Notes under the pieces: model-generated | Database searches by the model: none | Told to the model about the DNA's origin: nothing | The model's input: only the letters and a program-made list of their open reading frames with translations | Program-made: the position numbers and the translations under genes | Shown here: piece by piece, positions 28,148 through 39,003 of the stretch | How the letters are laid out: every line of letters begins with the position of its first letter | Position numbering within the stretch: the stretch's first letter is position 1 | Assembly: GCA_050945795.1 (NCBI GenBank) | Contig: JBMNTP010000007.1 | Span: 864-64,863 of the forward strand | DNA: 64,000 bases | Direction of reading: 5' to 3' | Source: Christensenellales bacterium | GTDB taxonomy: Bacteria > Bacillota > Clostridia > Christensenellales > MGBC116941

Positions 28148-29422
28148 TTATATATTATTACCCGGCGTTTGTAAAACTCCCCGCATAAGGCCGTCTTCAA
28201 ACTTTACGGCATAAACATCCATTATCCGGCCGGCAATCCCGCCTTTTACTCTTACCTTTATATAATTCTCGGTATATCCTTCCGCCTCGCCGTCTTTCTC
28301 CTCTTCAAAAAGCACATTCAGCTCCATGCCCTCATATTTTTTAGCATACTCTGCCTCAAGCCGCCCGCCTAAATCAATAAGCTCAGCCGCCCGCCTTAGC
28401 TTAACATGCTTCGGACATTCTTTCATATTATAAGCCGGCGTACCCTTTCTTTTTGAAAACGGAAACACATGTATGCGGCTAAAACCGATTTTCTCAACAA
28501 ACTCCAGTGTTTCTTGGTGCTCTTTTTCCGTCTCGCCCGGAAATCCGGCTATTATATCGGTAGTTATAGCCGCCCCCGGATAAAACTCTCTAAGCCTTTC
28601 TATGTTATTAGCGTAGTCCTTAGGAGTATATTTTCTGTTCATGCGCTCAAGCACTCCGGCACTGCCGCTCTGCATAGACACATGGAACTGCGGGCATATG
28701 TTCGGCATATTAGAAAGCGCCGATAAAAACTCCGGCGTCAACGCTCCCGGCTCCAGCGACCCTAGCCTTACCCTTTTAAAACCAGCATCGCTTATCGCGC
28801 CTATCGCGTCTTTAAGTGAGCCGGCGGTGTCCCTGCCATAAGACGCTATGTGTATGCCGGTAATGACAGCCTCAAGATGGTGCCTCGCCAGCTCTTTAGC
28901 CTCGGCGCCTATATCCTCAATTGGCCGCGAACACGACCGCCCCCTCGCATAAGGAATTATGCAGTAAGAGCAGAAATTATCGCAGCCGTCCTGTATTTTT
29001 ATAAAAGCGCGAGTGTGACCGCCGTGCCGGGAAATGCTCAGCCGCTCAAAACCGCTGCTTTCGGATATCTCATAAGCCTCCTCACCTAAGACGGCGCTTT
29101 CTATCAGCCGTATCGCCCCCGACCTGTCCCTTGTGCCAAGCACAATATCCGCACCGGTTTTTGCCGCCTCCTCCGGCTCAAGCTTTGAATAACAGCCCGC
29201 CATACATACAAGCGCATTGGGATTGCGGCGCTTGGCCTGTCTTACCGCCTGACGCGATTTTTTTGCCCCTACCGCCGTAACGGTACAGGAATTTATAATA
29301 TATGCGTCGGCCTGTCCGTCAAAATCAACAATGGTATGCCCCGCTTCTATCGCCGCCTCCTGCATGGCCTGAGTATCGTACTGGTTTGCCTTACAGCCCA
29401 GCGTATGAAATGCTATCCTCAT
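28148..29422 (-). CDS. mtaB: tRNA (N6-threonylcarbamoyladenosine-C2)-methylthiotransferase MtaB (YqeV-like)
   Basis: UPF0004 N-domain, radical-SAM motif CDNFCSYCIIP, and TRAM domain. ATG 29422 overlaps the rsmE stop; GTG 29434 is an alternative start. Confidence 0.9.
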   Translation of the reverse strand: MRIAFHTLGCKANQYDTQAMQEAAIEAGHTIVDFDGQADAYIINSCTVTAVGAKKSRQAVRQAKRRNPNALVCMAGCYSKLEPEEAAKTGADIVLGTRDRSGAIRLIESAVLGEEAYEISESSGFERLSISRHGGHTRAFIKIQDGCDNFCSYCIIPYARGRSCSRPIEDIGAEAKELARHHLEAVITGIHIASYGRDTAGSLKDAIGAISDAGFKRVRLGSLEPGALTPEFLSALSNMPNICPQFHVSMQSGSAGVLERMNRKYTPKDYANNIERLREFYPGAAITTDIIAGFPGETEKEHQETLEFVEKIGFSRIHVFPFSKRKGTPAYNMKECPKHVKLRRAAELIDLGGRLEAEYAKKYEGMELNVLFEEEKDGEAEGYTENYIKVRVKGGIAGRIMDVYAVKFEDGLMRGVLQTPGNNI

Positions 29423-30147
29423 ATTCCTCCCCACCCGCCGTAATGGTAGGTAATAACAGAAACAGCGGCCATTCCCGCCGTCTCCGTCCTTAATATCCTT
29501 GGCCCGAGAGTTACAAGCTTAGCGCCCGCTCTTTCTAGCGCCTCCGCCTCGCTTTGCTCAAGCCCGCCCTCCGGCCCTATAACAAGCCCCACTGACTTTG
29601 GCGCCGGACATTCCAGCGCGCCGGCAAAAGGCATTTTAGCCTGCTCCCACGCCGCTATTATAAGATCATGCCCCGCCATCATTCTTATGGCGTCATCAGG
29701 CCGTATAATGTCATAAACCTCGGGTATAACCGCCCTGCCGCACTGCTTGGCCGCCTCATAGGCGACGCGGTTCCATCTCTCGGCCTTGCTTTTGCCTCGC
29801 TCGCCGCCCTTTGAAACGCAGCGCGAAAACTCCACCGGCACAATAGCGAAAGCGCCTAGCTCAACGCACTTTTGTATTATAACCTCCATCTTGCCCTGCT
29901 TGGGCAAGCCCTGATACAGCGTTATAGCTACCGGCGCTTCGGTGTCCATCTCCTCGCCGTCATAAAGCTCGGCTTTAACTATATCCCTTCCCGCCTCTAA
30001 AACAACGCCGCGATACCTCATGCCGTTTGAGCATACCTCAATTTCTCCGCCCGCGCTAATACGCAGCACACGGGTAATGTGCGCTGCGTCGGGGCCTGAT
30101 ATATAGGCGATGTTTCCTTCAGTTTTATCTGTGTAAAATCTGTGCAT
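29419..30147 (-). CDS. rsmE: 16S rRNA (uracil1498-N3)-methyltransferase
   Basis: PUA-like N-terminus plus a SPOUT knot (VGLVIGPEGGLEQSE...RILRTETA). Confidence 0.92.
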   Translation of the reverse strand: MHRFYTDKTEGNIAYISGPDAAHITRVLRISAGGEIEVCSNGMRYRGVVLEAGRDIVKAELYDGEEMDTEAPVAITLYQGLPKQGKMEVIIQKCVELGAFAIVPVEFSRCVSKGGERGKSKAERWNRVAYEAAKQCGRAVIPEVYDIIRPDDAIRMMAGHDLIIAAWEQAKMPFAGALECPAPKSVGLVIGPEGGLEQSEAEALERAGAKLVTLGPRILRTETAGMAAVSVITYHYGGWGGI

Positions 30148-30165
30148 ATCTATATTTTAAAATTC

Positions 30166-31110
30166 CTATACTGTGGCTCGCGCGCATATCGCCACCCACT
30201 CGCCCTGCCTAAGCGTTTCTATGGCAACAAGGCGATTTTTCTCCAACGCCGCCATAACATCGCCCTCTCGCTCTTTTATTATGCCCGAAGCTATGAAAAC
30301 TCCTCCCGGCTTTAAATGCCGCGGTATTTCCGGGGCAAGACTTATTATGGCGTCAGCGATAATATTCGCCGTTATTACGTCCGCCCTGCCGGCTCCGCCG
30401 CTTAAAAGATCGCCTTTAGTGACTTTTATATCGGCATTGTTATTTTTAGCGTTTTCCTTAGCTATACTTACGCTCTGCGCGTCTATATCTATCGCCTCAA
30501 CGCTATTCGCGCCAAGCTTTGCCGCGGCTATGGCAAGTATACCTGTGCCGCATCCTATATCTATTACCAAATGTCCCTTTTTAACATGCTTTTCAAGAAG
30601 CTTTAAGCATAACTGGGTAGTCTCGTGAGTACCTGTGCCAAAAGCCATACCGGGGTCAAGCTCAATTACAATATCGCCGCTTTCCGGCTCATAATCCTCC
30701 CATGAAGGCTTTATAACTATGCTATCCCCTACCCTTAAAGGTTTATAGTACTGCTTCCAGTTGTTTGCCCAGTCCTCCTCGCAGACGGAGCGATTGTATA
30801 TCTCCAAAGAGCCCATGTCAAATATATATCCCGCCGCCTCGTCAAGGCGCAGCCTTAGGCAGTCAAGACGGTTTTGCAGCTCATCGTCATCGGGCAGATA
30901 GCCTTTTACTATCGCGGTATTACATACCCTGTTGACCTTTTCCCTAAGCCCCTCATCGACATAGTCCCAATTGCCTGGAGATTCAACAATCTCTTTTAGC
31001 ACAGCGTCGTCCTCAATAGCGGTGCCTGCCGCCCCGCATTCAAACAGCGCCTCGCTTACAGCCTCGGCTCCCGCCGAAGTAGTGTGGACAGAGATTTCTA
31101 CCCAATCCAT
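30166..31110 (-). CDS. prmA: ribosomal protein L11 methyltransferase
   Basis: MDWVEISVHT... with SAM motif DIGCGTGILAIAAAKLGA. Confidence 0.94.
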   Translation of the reverse strand: MDWVEISVHTTSAGAEAVSEALFECGAAGTAIEDDAVLKEIVESPGNWDYVDEGLREKVNRVCNTAIVKGYLPDDDELQNRLDCLRLRLDEAAGYIFDMGSLEIYNRSVCEEDWANNWKQYYKPLRVGDSIVIKPSWEDYEPESGDIVIELDPGMAFGTGTHETTQLCLKLLEKHVKKGHLVIDIGCGTGILAIAAAKLGANSVEAIDIDAQSVSIAKENAKNNNADIKVTKGDLLSGGAGRADVITANIIADAIISLAPEIPRHLKPGGVFIASGIIKEREGDVMAALEKNRLVAIETLRQGEWVAICARATV

Positions 31111-31200
31111 ATCAAAGCCCCCTATAAAACATATAAGCCAAAGCCAAAAATGTGCCTAGGCCTATATATAGTATGCGTGTATATCAGTTGTTGTACGGGT

Positions 31201-32319
31201 TTAGGCTCGCCTTTTCTCCCTGCCAAAAATTCCGCCCTTTTGCACAAGGCTGTCGTCGAATTCCATAAGCAACGCCTTTTGCCGCTCATTAAGCTTTTTA
31301 GGTACCAGCACATTAACTCTTATATACATATCGCCGTACCTTTCGCCTCTAAGATGCTTTATTCCCTTGCCCTTAAGTCGGAAAACCGTTCCCGGCTGCG
31401 TACCTTCGTTTATTTTATACTTAACTTTGCCGTTAAGCGTGGGAATTTCTATTTCGCTTCCCATCGCCGCCTGCGCGAAGCTTATATCAACGCTGCCTAT
31501 AAGGTCGTAATCCCGGCGCTCATAAAGCTCATGCGGCCTTACCGTTACATATATATAGAGATCTCCGGCCGGGCCTCCCCTTATGCCGGGCTGACCCTGT
31601 CCCCTCAGCGTTACTGCCTGCCCGTTATCTATACCGGCAGGGATGTTCACTTTTATCGTCTTTGTGCGCCTTACCGTCTTTTTGCCTTTACACTTGGCGC
31701 ACGGCTCCTCTATTATTTTGCCCTCGCCGCCGCATACATCGCACGGCCGCTGCGACAACGACTGACCAAACAATGTGTTGACGCGCTGCGAAACGTATCC
31801 CGAGCCGCCGCAATGCCGGCATGTCTTTACAGATTCGCTGTTTTTAGCTCCTGTGCCGCCGCAATCAGAGCAGTTTTCATCCTTTGTAAGCCTTATATCC
31901 TTATCCGCCCCGAACGCCGCCTCCTCAAAGCTTATCTCAAGATTATAGCGAAGGTCGTTGCCTTGCTGCGGTCCGTTTCTCGTGGCGCGTCCAAACCCGC
32001 CGAATATATTCTCAAAAATATCCTCAACGCCGAATCCGCCGCCAAACCCTCCGAACCCGCCAAATCCCGCACCGCCTTGATCCGCGCCGTTTTGAAAGGC
32101 GGCATGACCGAAGTTGTCATACTGGCTGCGCTTTTTATCGTCGCTCAGCACCTCATAAGCTTCGTTAGCCTCTTTAAATTTAGCCTCGGAGGCTTTGTCC
32201 CCGGGATTAACATCAGGGTGATATTTTTTGGCCAGCTTTCTGTATGCTTTTTTTATGTCTTCGGCCGGGGCGTCCTTTTGGACGCCCAGCACCTCATAGT
32301 AATCCCTTTTTTCAGCCAT
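31201..32319 (-). CDS. dnaJ: molecular chaperone DnaJ
   Basis: J domain with YHPDVN, a G/F-rich linker, and four CxxCxGxG zinc motifs. Confidence 0.97.
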   Translation of the reverse strand: MAEKRDYYEVLGVQKDAPAEDIKKAYRKLAKKYHPDVNPGDKASEAKFKEANEAYEVLSDDKKRSQYDNFGHAAFQNGADQGGAGFGGFGGFGGGFGVEDIFENIFGGFGRATRNGPQQGNDLRYNLEISFEEAAFGADKDIRLTKDENCSDCGGTGAKNSESVKTCRHCGGSGYVSQRVNTLFGQSLSQRPCDVCGGEGKIIEEPCAKCKGKKTVRRTKTIKVNIPAGIDNGQAVTLRGQGQPGIRGGPAGDLYIYVTVRPHELYERRDYDLIGSVDISFAQAAMGSEIEIPTLNGKVKYKINEGTQPGTVFRLKGKGIKHLRGERYGDMYIRVNVLVPKKLNERQKALLMEFDDSLVQKGGIFGREKRRA

Positions 32320-32334
32320 AAAACATTATCTCAC

Positions 32335-34182
32335 TTATTTGTTATCGTCTTTATTTTCTTCATCAACTACGGTATAGTCGGCATCAACGACATTATCGTC
32401 CTCTGCCGCGCCCTGCGCTCCCGCGTCCTGAGCCGCTCCCGCCGCCGCATCCTGCTGCTGATAAACCTTGCCGAAAATATCAAACGACAGCTTTTGCAGC
32501 GCCTCTGTGCCGGCCTTTATATCGTCTACCGAGCCGCTTTCAAGGGTTTTTGTCAGTTTATCTGCTTCCGCCTCAATGCTCGCCTTGTCATCCGCCGAAA
32601 CCTTGTCGCCAAGGTCTGTTAGCGTCTTTTTGGTCTGATATATAAGGCTGTCGGCATTATTTTTTACGTCGATCTCTTCCTTCTTCCTCTTATCCTCCTC
32701 GGCAAACTGCTCGGCTTCCTTAACAGCCTTATCAATATCCGAGTCGGAAAGGTTTGTGCTGGAAGTAATCGTTACTTTCTGCTCATTTCCTGTGCCATGG
32801 TCTTTCGCGCTTACATGCACTATGCCGTTGGCGTCTATATCAAATGTAACCTCTATCTGCGGCACTCCGCGCGGCGCCGGCGGTATGCCGGTAAGCTGGA
32901 AACGGCCAAGCGTTTTGTTATACTGCGCCATTTCCCTCTCGCCCTGTAGCACATGCACATCAACGCTGGTCTGCCCGTCCGCCGCAGTTGAGAATACCTG
33001 GCTCTTCTTGGTAGGTATCGTGGTGTTTCTTTCTATAAGCTTTGTGAAAACGCCGCCCAGCGTCTCTATGCCTAATGAAAGCGGTGTAACGTCGAGGAGC
33101 AGTATGTCTTTAACCTCTCCGCCCAAAACTCCGGCCTGTATAGCCGCGCCTATAGCCACGCATTCGTCTGGGTTTATGCCCTTGAACGGATCTTTGCCCG
33201 TCGTCTTTTTAACAGCATCCTGTACAGCCGGAATACGCGTAGAACCGCCGACAAGTATAACCCTGTCTATCTGTGACGCGCTCAACCCCGCGTCGCTTAA
33301 TGTGCGCTTTAACGGCTCCATAGTTTTCTCAACCAGGTCAGATGTTAATTCGTCAAACTTGGCCCTTGAAAGCGTAGTATCAAGATGCCTCGGCCCCGAT
33401 GAGTCGGCGGTCAGGTAAGGCAGGTTGATTGATACCTGCGTCATGCCGGACAGCTCTATTTTGGCCTTTTCCGCCGCTTCTCTAAGCCGCTGCATGGCCA
33501 TATTGTCTTTTTTAAGGTCTATGCCTGTTTCTTTCTTAAAAACATCTACTAGCCAGTTTATGACTCTATCGTCAAAATCGTCACCGCCCAGCTTGTTGTT
33601 GCCGGCGGTAGCCAATACTTCTATAACTCCGTCGCCTATTTCAAGAAGCGAAACGTCGAACGTGCCGCCGCCAAGGTCATATACAAGTATCTTCTGGCTG
33701 TTTTCCTTGTCAAGCCCGTAAGCAAGCGCCGCCGCCGTAGGCTCGTTTATTATACGCAGCACCTCAAGACCGGCAATGCGTCCGGCGTCTTTTGTCGCCT
33801 GCCGCTGCGCGTCTGAAAAATACGCCGGCACCGTTATTACCGCCTGCGTAACCTTCTCGCCAAGATACCCTTCTGCGTCAGCCTTAAGCTTTTGCAGCAC
33901 CATCGCCGATATTTCCTGCGGCGTATAAGATTTTGAATCTATGGTGATCTTTTTATTTGATCCCATATCCCTTTTTATTGAAGAAACGGTGCGCTCGTGG
34001 TTGGTTACCGCCTGCCTTTTGGCAACCTCGCCAACCATCCTCTCCCCCGTCTTGCTAAAAGCCACCACGCTCGGCGTTGTGCGGGCGCCCTCGGCGTTTG
34101 TTATAACGACCGGCTCTCCGCCTTCCATAACCGCGACGCAGCTATTTGTGGTTCCAAGATCTATGCCTATTATCTTTGCCAC
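32335..34182 (-). CDS. dnaK: molecular chaperone DnaK (Hsp70)
   Basis: Motifs [14 protein letters not shown] and [10 protein letters not shown]. 615 aa. Confidence 0.98.
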   Translation of the reverse strand: MAKIIGIDLGTTNSCVAVMEGGEPVVITNAEGARTTPSVVAFSKTGERMVGEVAKRQAVTNHERTVSSIKRDMGSNKKITIDSKSYTPQEISAMVLQKLKADAEGYLGEKVTQAVITVPAYFSDAQRQATKDAGRIAGLEVLRIINEPTAAALAYGLDKENSQKILVYDLGGGTFDVSLLEIGDGVIEVLATAGNNKLGGDDFDDRVINWLVDVFKKETGIDLKKDNMAMQRLREAAEKAKIELSGMTQVSINLPYLTADSSGPRHLDTTLSRAKFDELTSDLVEKTMEPLKRTLSDAGLSASQIDRVILVGGSTRIPAVQDAVKKTTGKDPFKGINPDECVAIGAAIQAGVLGGEVKDILLLDVTPLSLGIETLGGVFTKLIERNTTIPTKKSQVFSTAADGQTSVDVHVLQGEREMAQYNKTLGRFQLTGIPPAPRGVPQIEVTFDIDANGIVHVSAKDHGTGNEQKVTITSSTNLSDSDIDKAVKEAEQFAEEDKRKKEEIDVKNNADSLIYQTKKTLTDLGDKVSADDKASIEAEADKLTKTLESGSVDDIKAGTEALQKLSFDIFGKVYQQQDAAAGAAQDAGAQGAAEDDNVVDADYTVVDEENKDDNK

Positions 34183-34231
34183 TTAAATTCCCTCCAGTTA
34201 TTTGAGATAGTTTGTTTGTTATTTGTTGTTA

Positions 34232-34753
34232 TTATTCGCCTACGACCTGCACCTTGGCATGCCGCAGTATCTTTCCGTCCATAGTATATCCCTTTAGTAT
34301 AACAGTGTGTACGTCGCCGCACTCCTTGCCTTCGCACGGCGGCATTTGCATAAGCGCATCATGGTATACCGGGTCAAACTTGCATCCGTCGGCGGGTATC
34401 TCCTCAGCGCCAAGCGATTTAAGCACATCTACAAACTGCTTTACAATCAACGCTAGACCTTCATGCGACTCTCCGCCTTTTAGCGCCCTTTCAAGATTAT
34501 CTAGAACCGGCAATACCGCTATTACCGCCTCCTCCTTGCCCTGCGCACAGGCCTCCGCCCTTACCGAATTATTTCTTCTTCTATAATTGTCAAAATCCGC
34601 TTGCACCCTCTGTGCCGCGGCCAGATACTCGTCGCGCTGCTTTAGCGCCTCTTCATGCTCCGCCAAAGTCACGACAGCGCCGGCGTTATCCGTTTCGGTT
34701 GTTGTTTCGTTAGCTGCGTCGTTAACTTCAGGCTTTTCCTTGCTGCTCTGCAT
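34232..34753 (-). CDS. grpE: nucleotide exchange factor GrpE
   Basis: Contains ...QRVQADFDNYRRR... Syntenic between hrcA and dnaK. Confidence 0.95.
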   Translation of the reverse strand: MQSSKEKPEVNDAANETTTETDNAGAVVTLAEHEEALKQRDEYLAAAQRVQADFDNYRRRNNSVRAEACAQGKEEAVIAVLPVLDNLERALKGGESHEGLALIVKQFVDVLKSLGAEEIPADGCKFDPVYHDALMQMPPCEGKECGDVHTVILKGYTMDGKILRHAKVQVVGE

Positions 34754-34771
34754 ATTGTATCCTCCGTTGTG

Positions 34772-35809
34772 TTATTCGTCTTTGACGTTTTCAATCGCCG
34801 TTTCTTCAATGCTCTTGCCAAGAAGATCCAGCACCGCGAATATTCTTGCGTAATCCATGCGTGTCGGTCCGATTATTCCAAAAGAGCCCAGCTTTATGCC
34901 CTTAATAGAAAAGTTAGCCGTTATAACGCTGCATCCGCTCATTTCCTTAAATTCGTTCTCTGTGCCTATTATGGCAGCGTAATCCTCTGCCGATGCTTTT
35001 GAAAACATCTCATACAGCCTTTTCTTGTTTTCAAGCGCTGACAAAAGCAGCTTCGCTTTTCCGACATCGCTGTATTCGGGGAATTCAAATATTTTAGAAG
35101 CTCCCTCCAGCAAAATATCGCTGTTATCCGGCTTATCAAGAGTTTCTTTTACCGCCACTCCAAACTCATGTATAAGTCCGGCCGGCACATCTGATGAAAA
35201 ATCGGCAATTTCAGGAGCCAGCAGCATAGCCTCAGCGAGCGTCTTGCCGCACAGTTCCTCGGATAAATGCCTTGACACAACATAAAGCACGTCCTCGGTT
35301 ATATCCTCTGGGACGTTTAAAATAGTGTCATTTAGCATTCCTGTATCTGTAACAACGATAATAAGCGCCTTGCCCGCCGCCACCGGCACCAATCTTATTG
35401 ACTTCACCTTAGACGCCGCGGCATGCGGAGCCAGCGCAACGGCAATATACTCCGTAGCGCTGCTTAGCGCCTCTAAAGCGCCTCTCATTATCTTTTTAAT
35501 CTCTCCCGCGCGGTTGCTCACATGCTTTTTAATAAGCTCGGCTTCTTCCTTGCCAAGGCGTATCGAGTCCATAAGCACATCGACATAAAGCCGGTATGCT
35601 TTATCACTCGGCACCCGCCCCGCCGAAACATGCGGCTGCTCAAGATATCCCATCTCCTCAAGCCCCGACATCTCTATTCTTATAGTTGCAGGGCTAAGTC
35701 CGAGACTGTATTTCTCGGTAATAGATCTTGAGCCTATGGGCTGCGCGTAGTGAATATAGTCGTCGACTATGGCCTTAAGTATTCTTTTTTTCCTTTCCTT
35801 CATTTCCAT
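34772..35809 (-). CDS. hrcA: heat-inducible transcription repressor HrcA
   Basis: Winged-helix N-terminus (RKKRILKAIVDDYIHYAQPIGS). The start is placed at ATG 35809, downstream of the CIRCE operator that the track ORF runs through. Confidence 0.93.
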   Translation of the reverse strand: MEMKERKKRILKAIVDDYIHYAQPIGSRSITEKYSLGLSPATIRIEMSGLEEMGYLEQPHVSAGRVPSDKAYRLYVDVLMDSIRLGKEEAELIKKHVSNRAGEIKKIMRGALEALSSATEYIAVALAPHAAASKVKSIRLVPVAAGKALIIVVTDTGMLNDTILNVPEDITEDVLYVVSRHLSEELCGKTLAEAMLLAPEIADFSSDVPAGLIHEFGVAVKETLDKPDNSDILLEGASKIFEFPEYSDVGKAKLLLSALENKKRLYEMFSKASAEDYAAIIGTENEFKEMSGCSVITANFSIKGIKLGSFGIIGPTRMDYARIFAVLDLLGKSIEETAIENVKDE

Positions 35810-35829
35810 GCAAATATCATCTCCGATTG

Positions 35830-35856
35830 TTAGCACTCTTCGCTTTAGAGTGCTAA
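35830..35856 (-). promoter_or_regulatory. CIRCE operator (HrcA binding site)
   Basis: A perfect TTAGCACTC-N9-GAGTGCTAA inverted repeat. Confidence 0.95.
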
Positions 35857-35867
35857 CCGATAATGAT

Positions 35868-35896
35868 AATGTAGCACCGGAGCAGGCATTTGTCAA
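35868..35896 (-). promoter_or_regulatory. sigma-A promoter of the hrcA-grpE-dnaK-dnaJ operon
   Basis: Minus strand reads TTGACA (35896-35891), a 17-nt spacer, then TGcTACATT (-10 at 35873-35868), immediately upstream of CIRCE. Confidence 0.7.
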
Positions 35897-35917
35897 GCAA
35901 AAAAACCATGTCGCACG

Positions 35918-37054
35918 TCAGTCCATAATGCGCAGCAATACAGTATTTTGTATCTCCATTCCCCTTCGGCTAAGCCTTACGCCTATACCGTCAATTTTAA
36001 CAAGCCCCTCTTGGCTTAAATCAAAGAGCTTTTCTCCGTACACTTCCATTATACTCCGGCCGTGCAGACTCTCGAATCGCGAAAAACCAATGCCCTCAAC
36101 AAGCCTTAGCCCTAGCATCATAGTTTCAAACATTGCCTCGGCGTCATCCGGCGTATGGATTTCTCTTTCCGGCACTCCCGCTTCTATGCCGTCTATGTAC
36201 CTATCAAGCTCCGGCGTATTCGCCCATCGCATCGCCCGCGGCCGCCTTAAAAAACCATGCGCCGCACAGCCTACGCCTATATACTCGCCGCCCCGCCATA
36301 TATCGATATTGTGGCGGCATTCAAAGCCGGGCCTCGCGTAATTCGATATTTCATACCTCGCAATGCCGTCTTTATTAAGCCTTATCTCCGCCGCCTCGCG
36401 CATATCCGCTACCTCATCATCACCAGGCAGCTCCAGCCCCTCAGAAACCATGCGCCACAGCCGGGTATCCTCTTCAAGCGTCAGCGCGTAACACGAAACA
36501 TGCGCCGCCCCCGCGTCAATCGCGGCGTCCACAGTTTCAAGCCACTTCTCCATGCTCTGTTTTGGCAAGCCGTACATAATATCTACGTTAAGGTTTGCAA
36601 TGCCCGCTCGCTCCGCCGCCGCCACAGCCAAAAGGAAATCGCTGTGCGAATGCGTGCGGCCTATAAGCGTAAGCAAGTCGTCCTGCGCCGCCTGCATGCC
36701 TATGCTCAACCGGTTTACACCGGCGTTAGCCCATGCCTTAGCCGCCTTCTCGCTTACCGATGCGGGGTTGCTTTCCATTGAAATCTCTGCGTCGCTCTTT
36801 ATATTAAAGCTTTGCTTTGCCATATCAATTATGCCGCTTATAAGCTCTGGCGGCATAAGAGACGGCGTACCTCCGCCAAAAAACACGCTGTCTATAACGC
36901 CGTCAAATTGCTCCGCCCATATGCTTATTTCGTGCGTCAAAGCGCCGGCATAAGCATGCATAGCATCCTCTCTGCCGGCGAACGAAACAAAATCACAATA
37001 CGCGCATTTCCCCGCGCAAAAGGGTATGTGTATGTAAAGCCCGGCGCTCCTCAT
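35918..37054 (-). CDS. hemW: radical SAM family heme chaperone HemW (coproporphyrinogen III oxidase-like)
   Basis: Motif IHIPFCAGKCAYCDF. ATG 37054 shares one nt with the lepA TGA; the 44-aa N-terminal extension in the track ORF overlaps lepA. Confidence 0.9.
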   Translation of the reverse strand: MRSAGLYIHIPFCAGKCAYCDFVSFAGREDAMHAYAGALTHEISIWAEQFDGVIDSVFFGGGTPSLMPPELISGIIDMAKQSFNIKSDAEISMESNPASVSEKAAKAWANAGVNRLSIGMQAAQDDLLTLIGRTHSHSDFLLAVAAAERAGIANLNVDIMYGLPKQSMEKWLETVDAAIDAGAAHVSCYALTLEEDTRLWRMVSEGLELPGDDEVADMREAAEIRLNKDGIARYEISNYARPGFECRHNIDIWRGGEYIGVGCAAHGFLRRPRAMRWANTPELDRYIDGIEAGVPEREIHTPDDAEAMFETMMLGLRLVEGIGFSRFESLHGRSIMEVYGEKLFDLSQEGLVKIDGIGVRLSRRGMEIQNTVLLRIMD

Positions 37055-38850
37055 CAGTCCATCTTCAAAACAGACATAAAAGCCTCGCTCGGCACTTCTA
37101 CAGAGCCGATCTGCCTCATGCGCTTTTTGCCTTCCTTCTGTTTTTCCAGCAGCTTTTTCTTGCGCGATATATCTCCGCCGTAGCACTTCGCCAAAACGTC
37201 TTTCCTAAGCGCGCGTACCGTCTCACGGGCGATAATCTTGCCGCCTATAGCCGCCTGTATGGGAATTTCAAACTGCTGCCTCGGTATAGCCTCCCTAAGC
37301 TTTTCGGCTATGGTCCTGCCCCTGGCGTACGCCTTGTCGCGGTGTACTATTATCGATAGCGCGTCGCATACCGCCGCGTTAAGCAGTATATCTAACTTTA
37401 CCATGTCCGACTTTATGTATTGGCTAAACTCATAGTCAAACGACGCGTAACCGCGCGTACGGCTTTTGAGCATATCAAAAAAGTCGTATATGATTTCACC
37501 AAGCGGCATCTCATAGTTTATAAGCACTCTGTTGCCTTCCATATACTTCATGTCCTTGTATATGCCGCGCTTTTCCTGGCAAATTTCCATAATCGCCCCT
37601 ACATATTCTTGCGGCGACATTATCTGCGCGTTTACCATAGGCTCCTCTATATAATCAATTTCATCTACCTTTGGAAGGTTTGAAGGATTGTCTATATAAA
37701 GCTCTGTGCCGTCTGTTTTTACCACTTTAAAAACAACGCTCGGCGCCGTAGTTACAAGGTCTAAGTCAAACTCACGCTCCAGCCGCTCTTGTATTATCTC
37801 CATATGCAGCAGCCCTAAAAAGCCGCATCTGAATCCAAACCCTAGCGCTATTGACGTCTCCGGCTCATAAAGAAGGCTGGCGTCGTTTAGCTGCAGCTTT
37901 TCCAGCGCGTCTCGCAAGTCTTCATACCTGCTGCCGTCGGCGGGATATATGCCGCAATAAACCATAGGCTGCACCTTTTTATATCCCGCAAGCGGCTCTT
38001 TAGCCGGCCGCGACGCCAATGTAACGGTATCGCCCACCCTTGTATCCGAAACATTTTTAATCGAGGCGGTAATATATCCTACGTCACCGGCGCCAAGCGA
38101 ATCCCTTGTTTTCATGTTCGGCATAAAAACGCCGGTCTCTACAACATCAAACTCCCGCCCGCTCGACATCATGCGTATGCGATCACCGGCTTTAACCCGC
38201 CCGTCTATAATGCGCACAAACATTATCGCGCCTTTATAGTTATCATAAATAGAGTCGAATATAAGAGCCTTAAGCGGTGCGTCGGCATCACCAACAGGCT
38301 GCGGCACCCGCTCAACGATGGCGGAAAGCACCTCTTCAATTCCTATGCCGTTTTTAGCCGATATCCTCGGTGCGTTCTGCGCTTCAAGCCCTATAACGTC
38401 CTCTATCTCGCGGCAAACCATGTCCGGCTCCGCCCCCGGCAAATCTATTTTATTTATAACCGGTATTATTTCAAGGTTGTTATCGAGCGCAAGATACACG
38501 TTCGCCAGCGTCTGCGCCTCTATGCCCTGACTGGCGTCGACAATAAGTATAGCGCCCTCGCATGCCGCCAGCGCCCTTGACACCTCGTATGTAAAGTCAA
38601 CATGCCCCGGCGTGTCTATAAGATTAAGAGTGTAAACCTGCCCGTCCGTGTGCTTGTATTCCATGCGCGCCGCCGTCGCCTTTATAGTTATGCCCCGCTC
38701 GCGCTCTATATCCATAGTATCTAGCACCTGCGCCTCCATATCGCGCGTGGCTATAACGCCGGTCATCTCAAGAAGACGGTCGGCGAGGGTTGACTTGCCG
38801 TGGTCTATATGCGCTATTATGCAAAAATTCCTCGTAGTCTGCTGTGACAA
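37054..38850 (-). CDS. lepA: translation elongation factor 4 (LepA)
   Basis: Motifs [13 protein letters not shown] and DTPGH, plus the LepA C-terminal domain. TTG 38850 has GGAGG 8 nt upstream; the track start 38865 is itself part of that SD. Confidence 0.95.
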   Translation of the reverse strand: MSQQTTRNFCIIAHIDHGKSTLADRLLEMTGVIATRDMEAQVLDTMDIERERGITIKATAARMEYKHTDGQVYTLNLIDTPGHVDFTYEVSRALAACEGAILIVDASQGIEAQTLANVYLALDNNLEIIPVINKIDLPGAEPDMVCREIEDVIGLEAQNAPRISAKNGIGIEEVLSAIVERVPQPVGDADAPLKALIFDSIYDNYKGAIMFVRIIDGRVKAGDRIRMMSSGREFDVVETGVFMPNMKTRDSLGAGDVGYITASIKNVSDTRVGDTVTLASRPAKEPLAGYKKVQPMVYCGIYPADGSRYEDLRDALEKLQLNDASLLYEPETSIALGFGFRCGFLGLLHMEIIQERLEREFDLDLVTTAPSVVFKVVKTDGTELYIDNPSNLPKVDEIDYIEEPMVNAQIMSPQEYVGAIMEICQEKRGIYKDMKYMEGNRVLINYEMPLGEIIYDFFDMLKSRTRGYASFDYEFSQYIKSDMVKLDILLNAAVCDALSIIVHRDKAYARGRTIAEKLREAIPRQQFEIPIQAAIGGKIIARETVRALRKDVLAKCYGGDISRKKKLLEKQKEGKKRMRQIGSVEVPSEAFMSVLKMD

Positions 38851-39003
38851 ATAAAATACCTCCAATTTACTGCAACTGCAATAAGGTTATATTACTTAAT
38901 CGGCGCGAAAAAATCAATCCCGTTCATTTCAAAGTTGCAAACAGCAGCGGTTGCTGATACTCTTAAAACAATATAATTTGGCACTTATGGAGGTATATCG
39001 CGT

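Noticed and set aside
31084-32622. A 512-aa plus-strand ORF, the longest unassigned ORF in the track.
   Set aside because: It lies entirely antisense to dnaJ and the 3' end of dnaK, both of which are unambiguous. Its translation is low-complexity (rich in R, L, A, Y and I) with no motif and no SD. It is a shadow ORF of a GC3-biased coding region.
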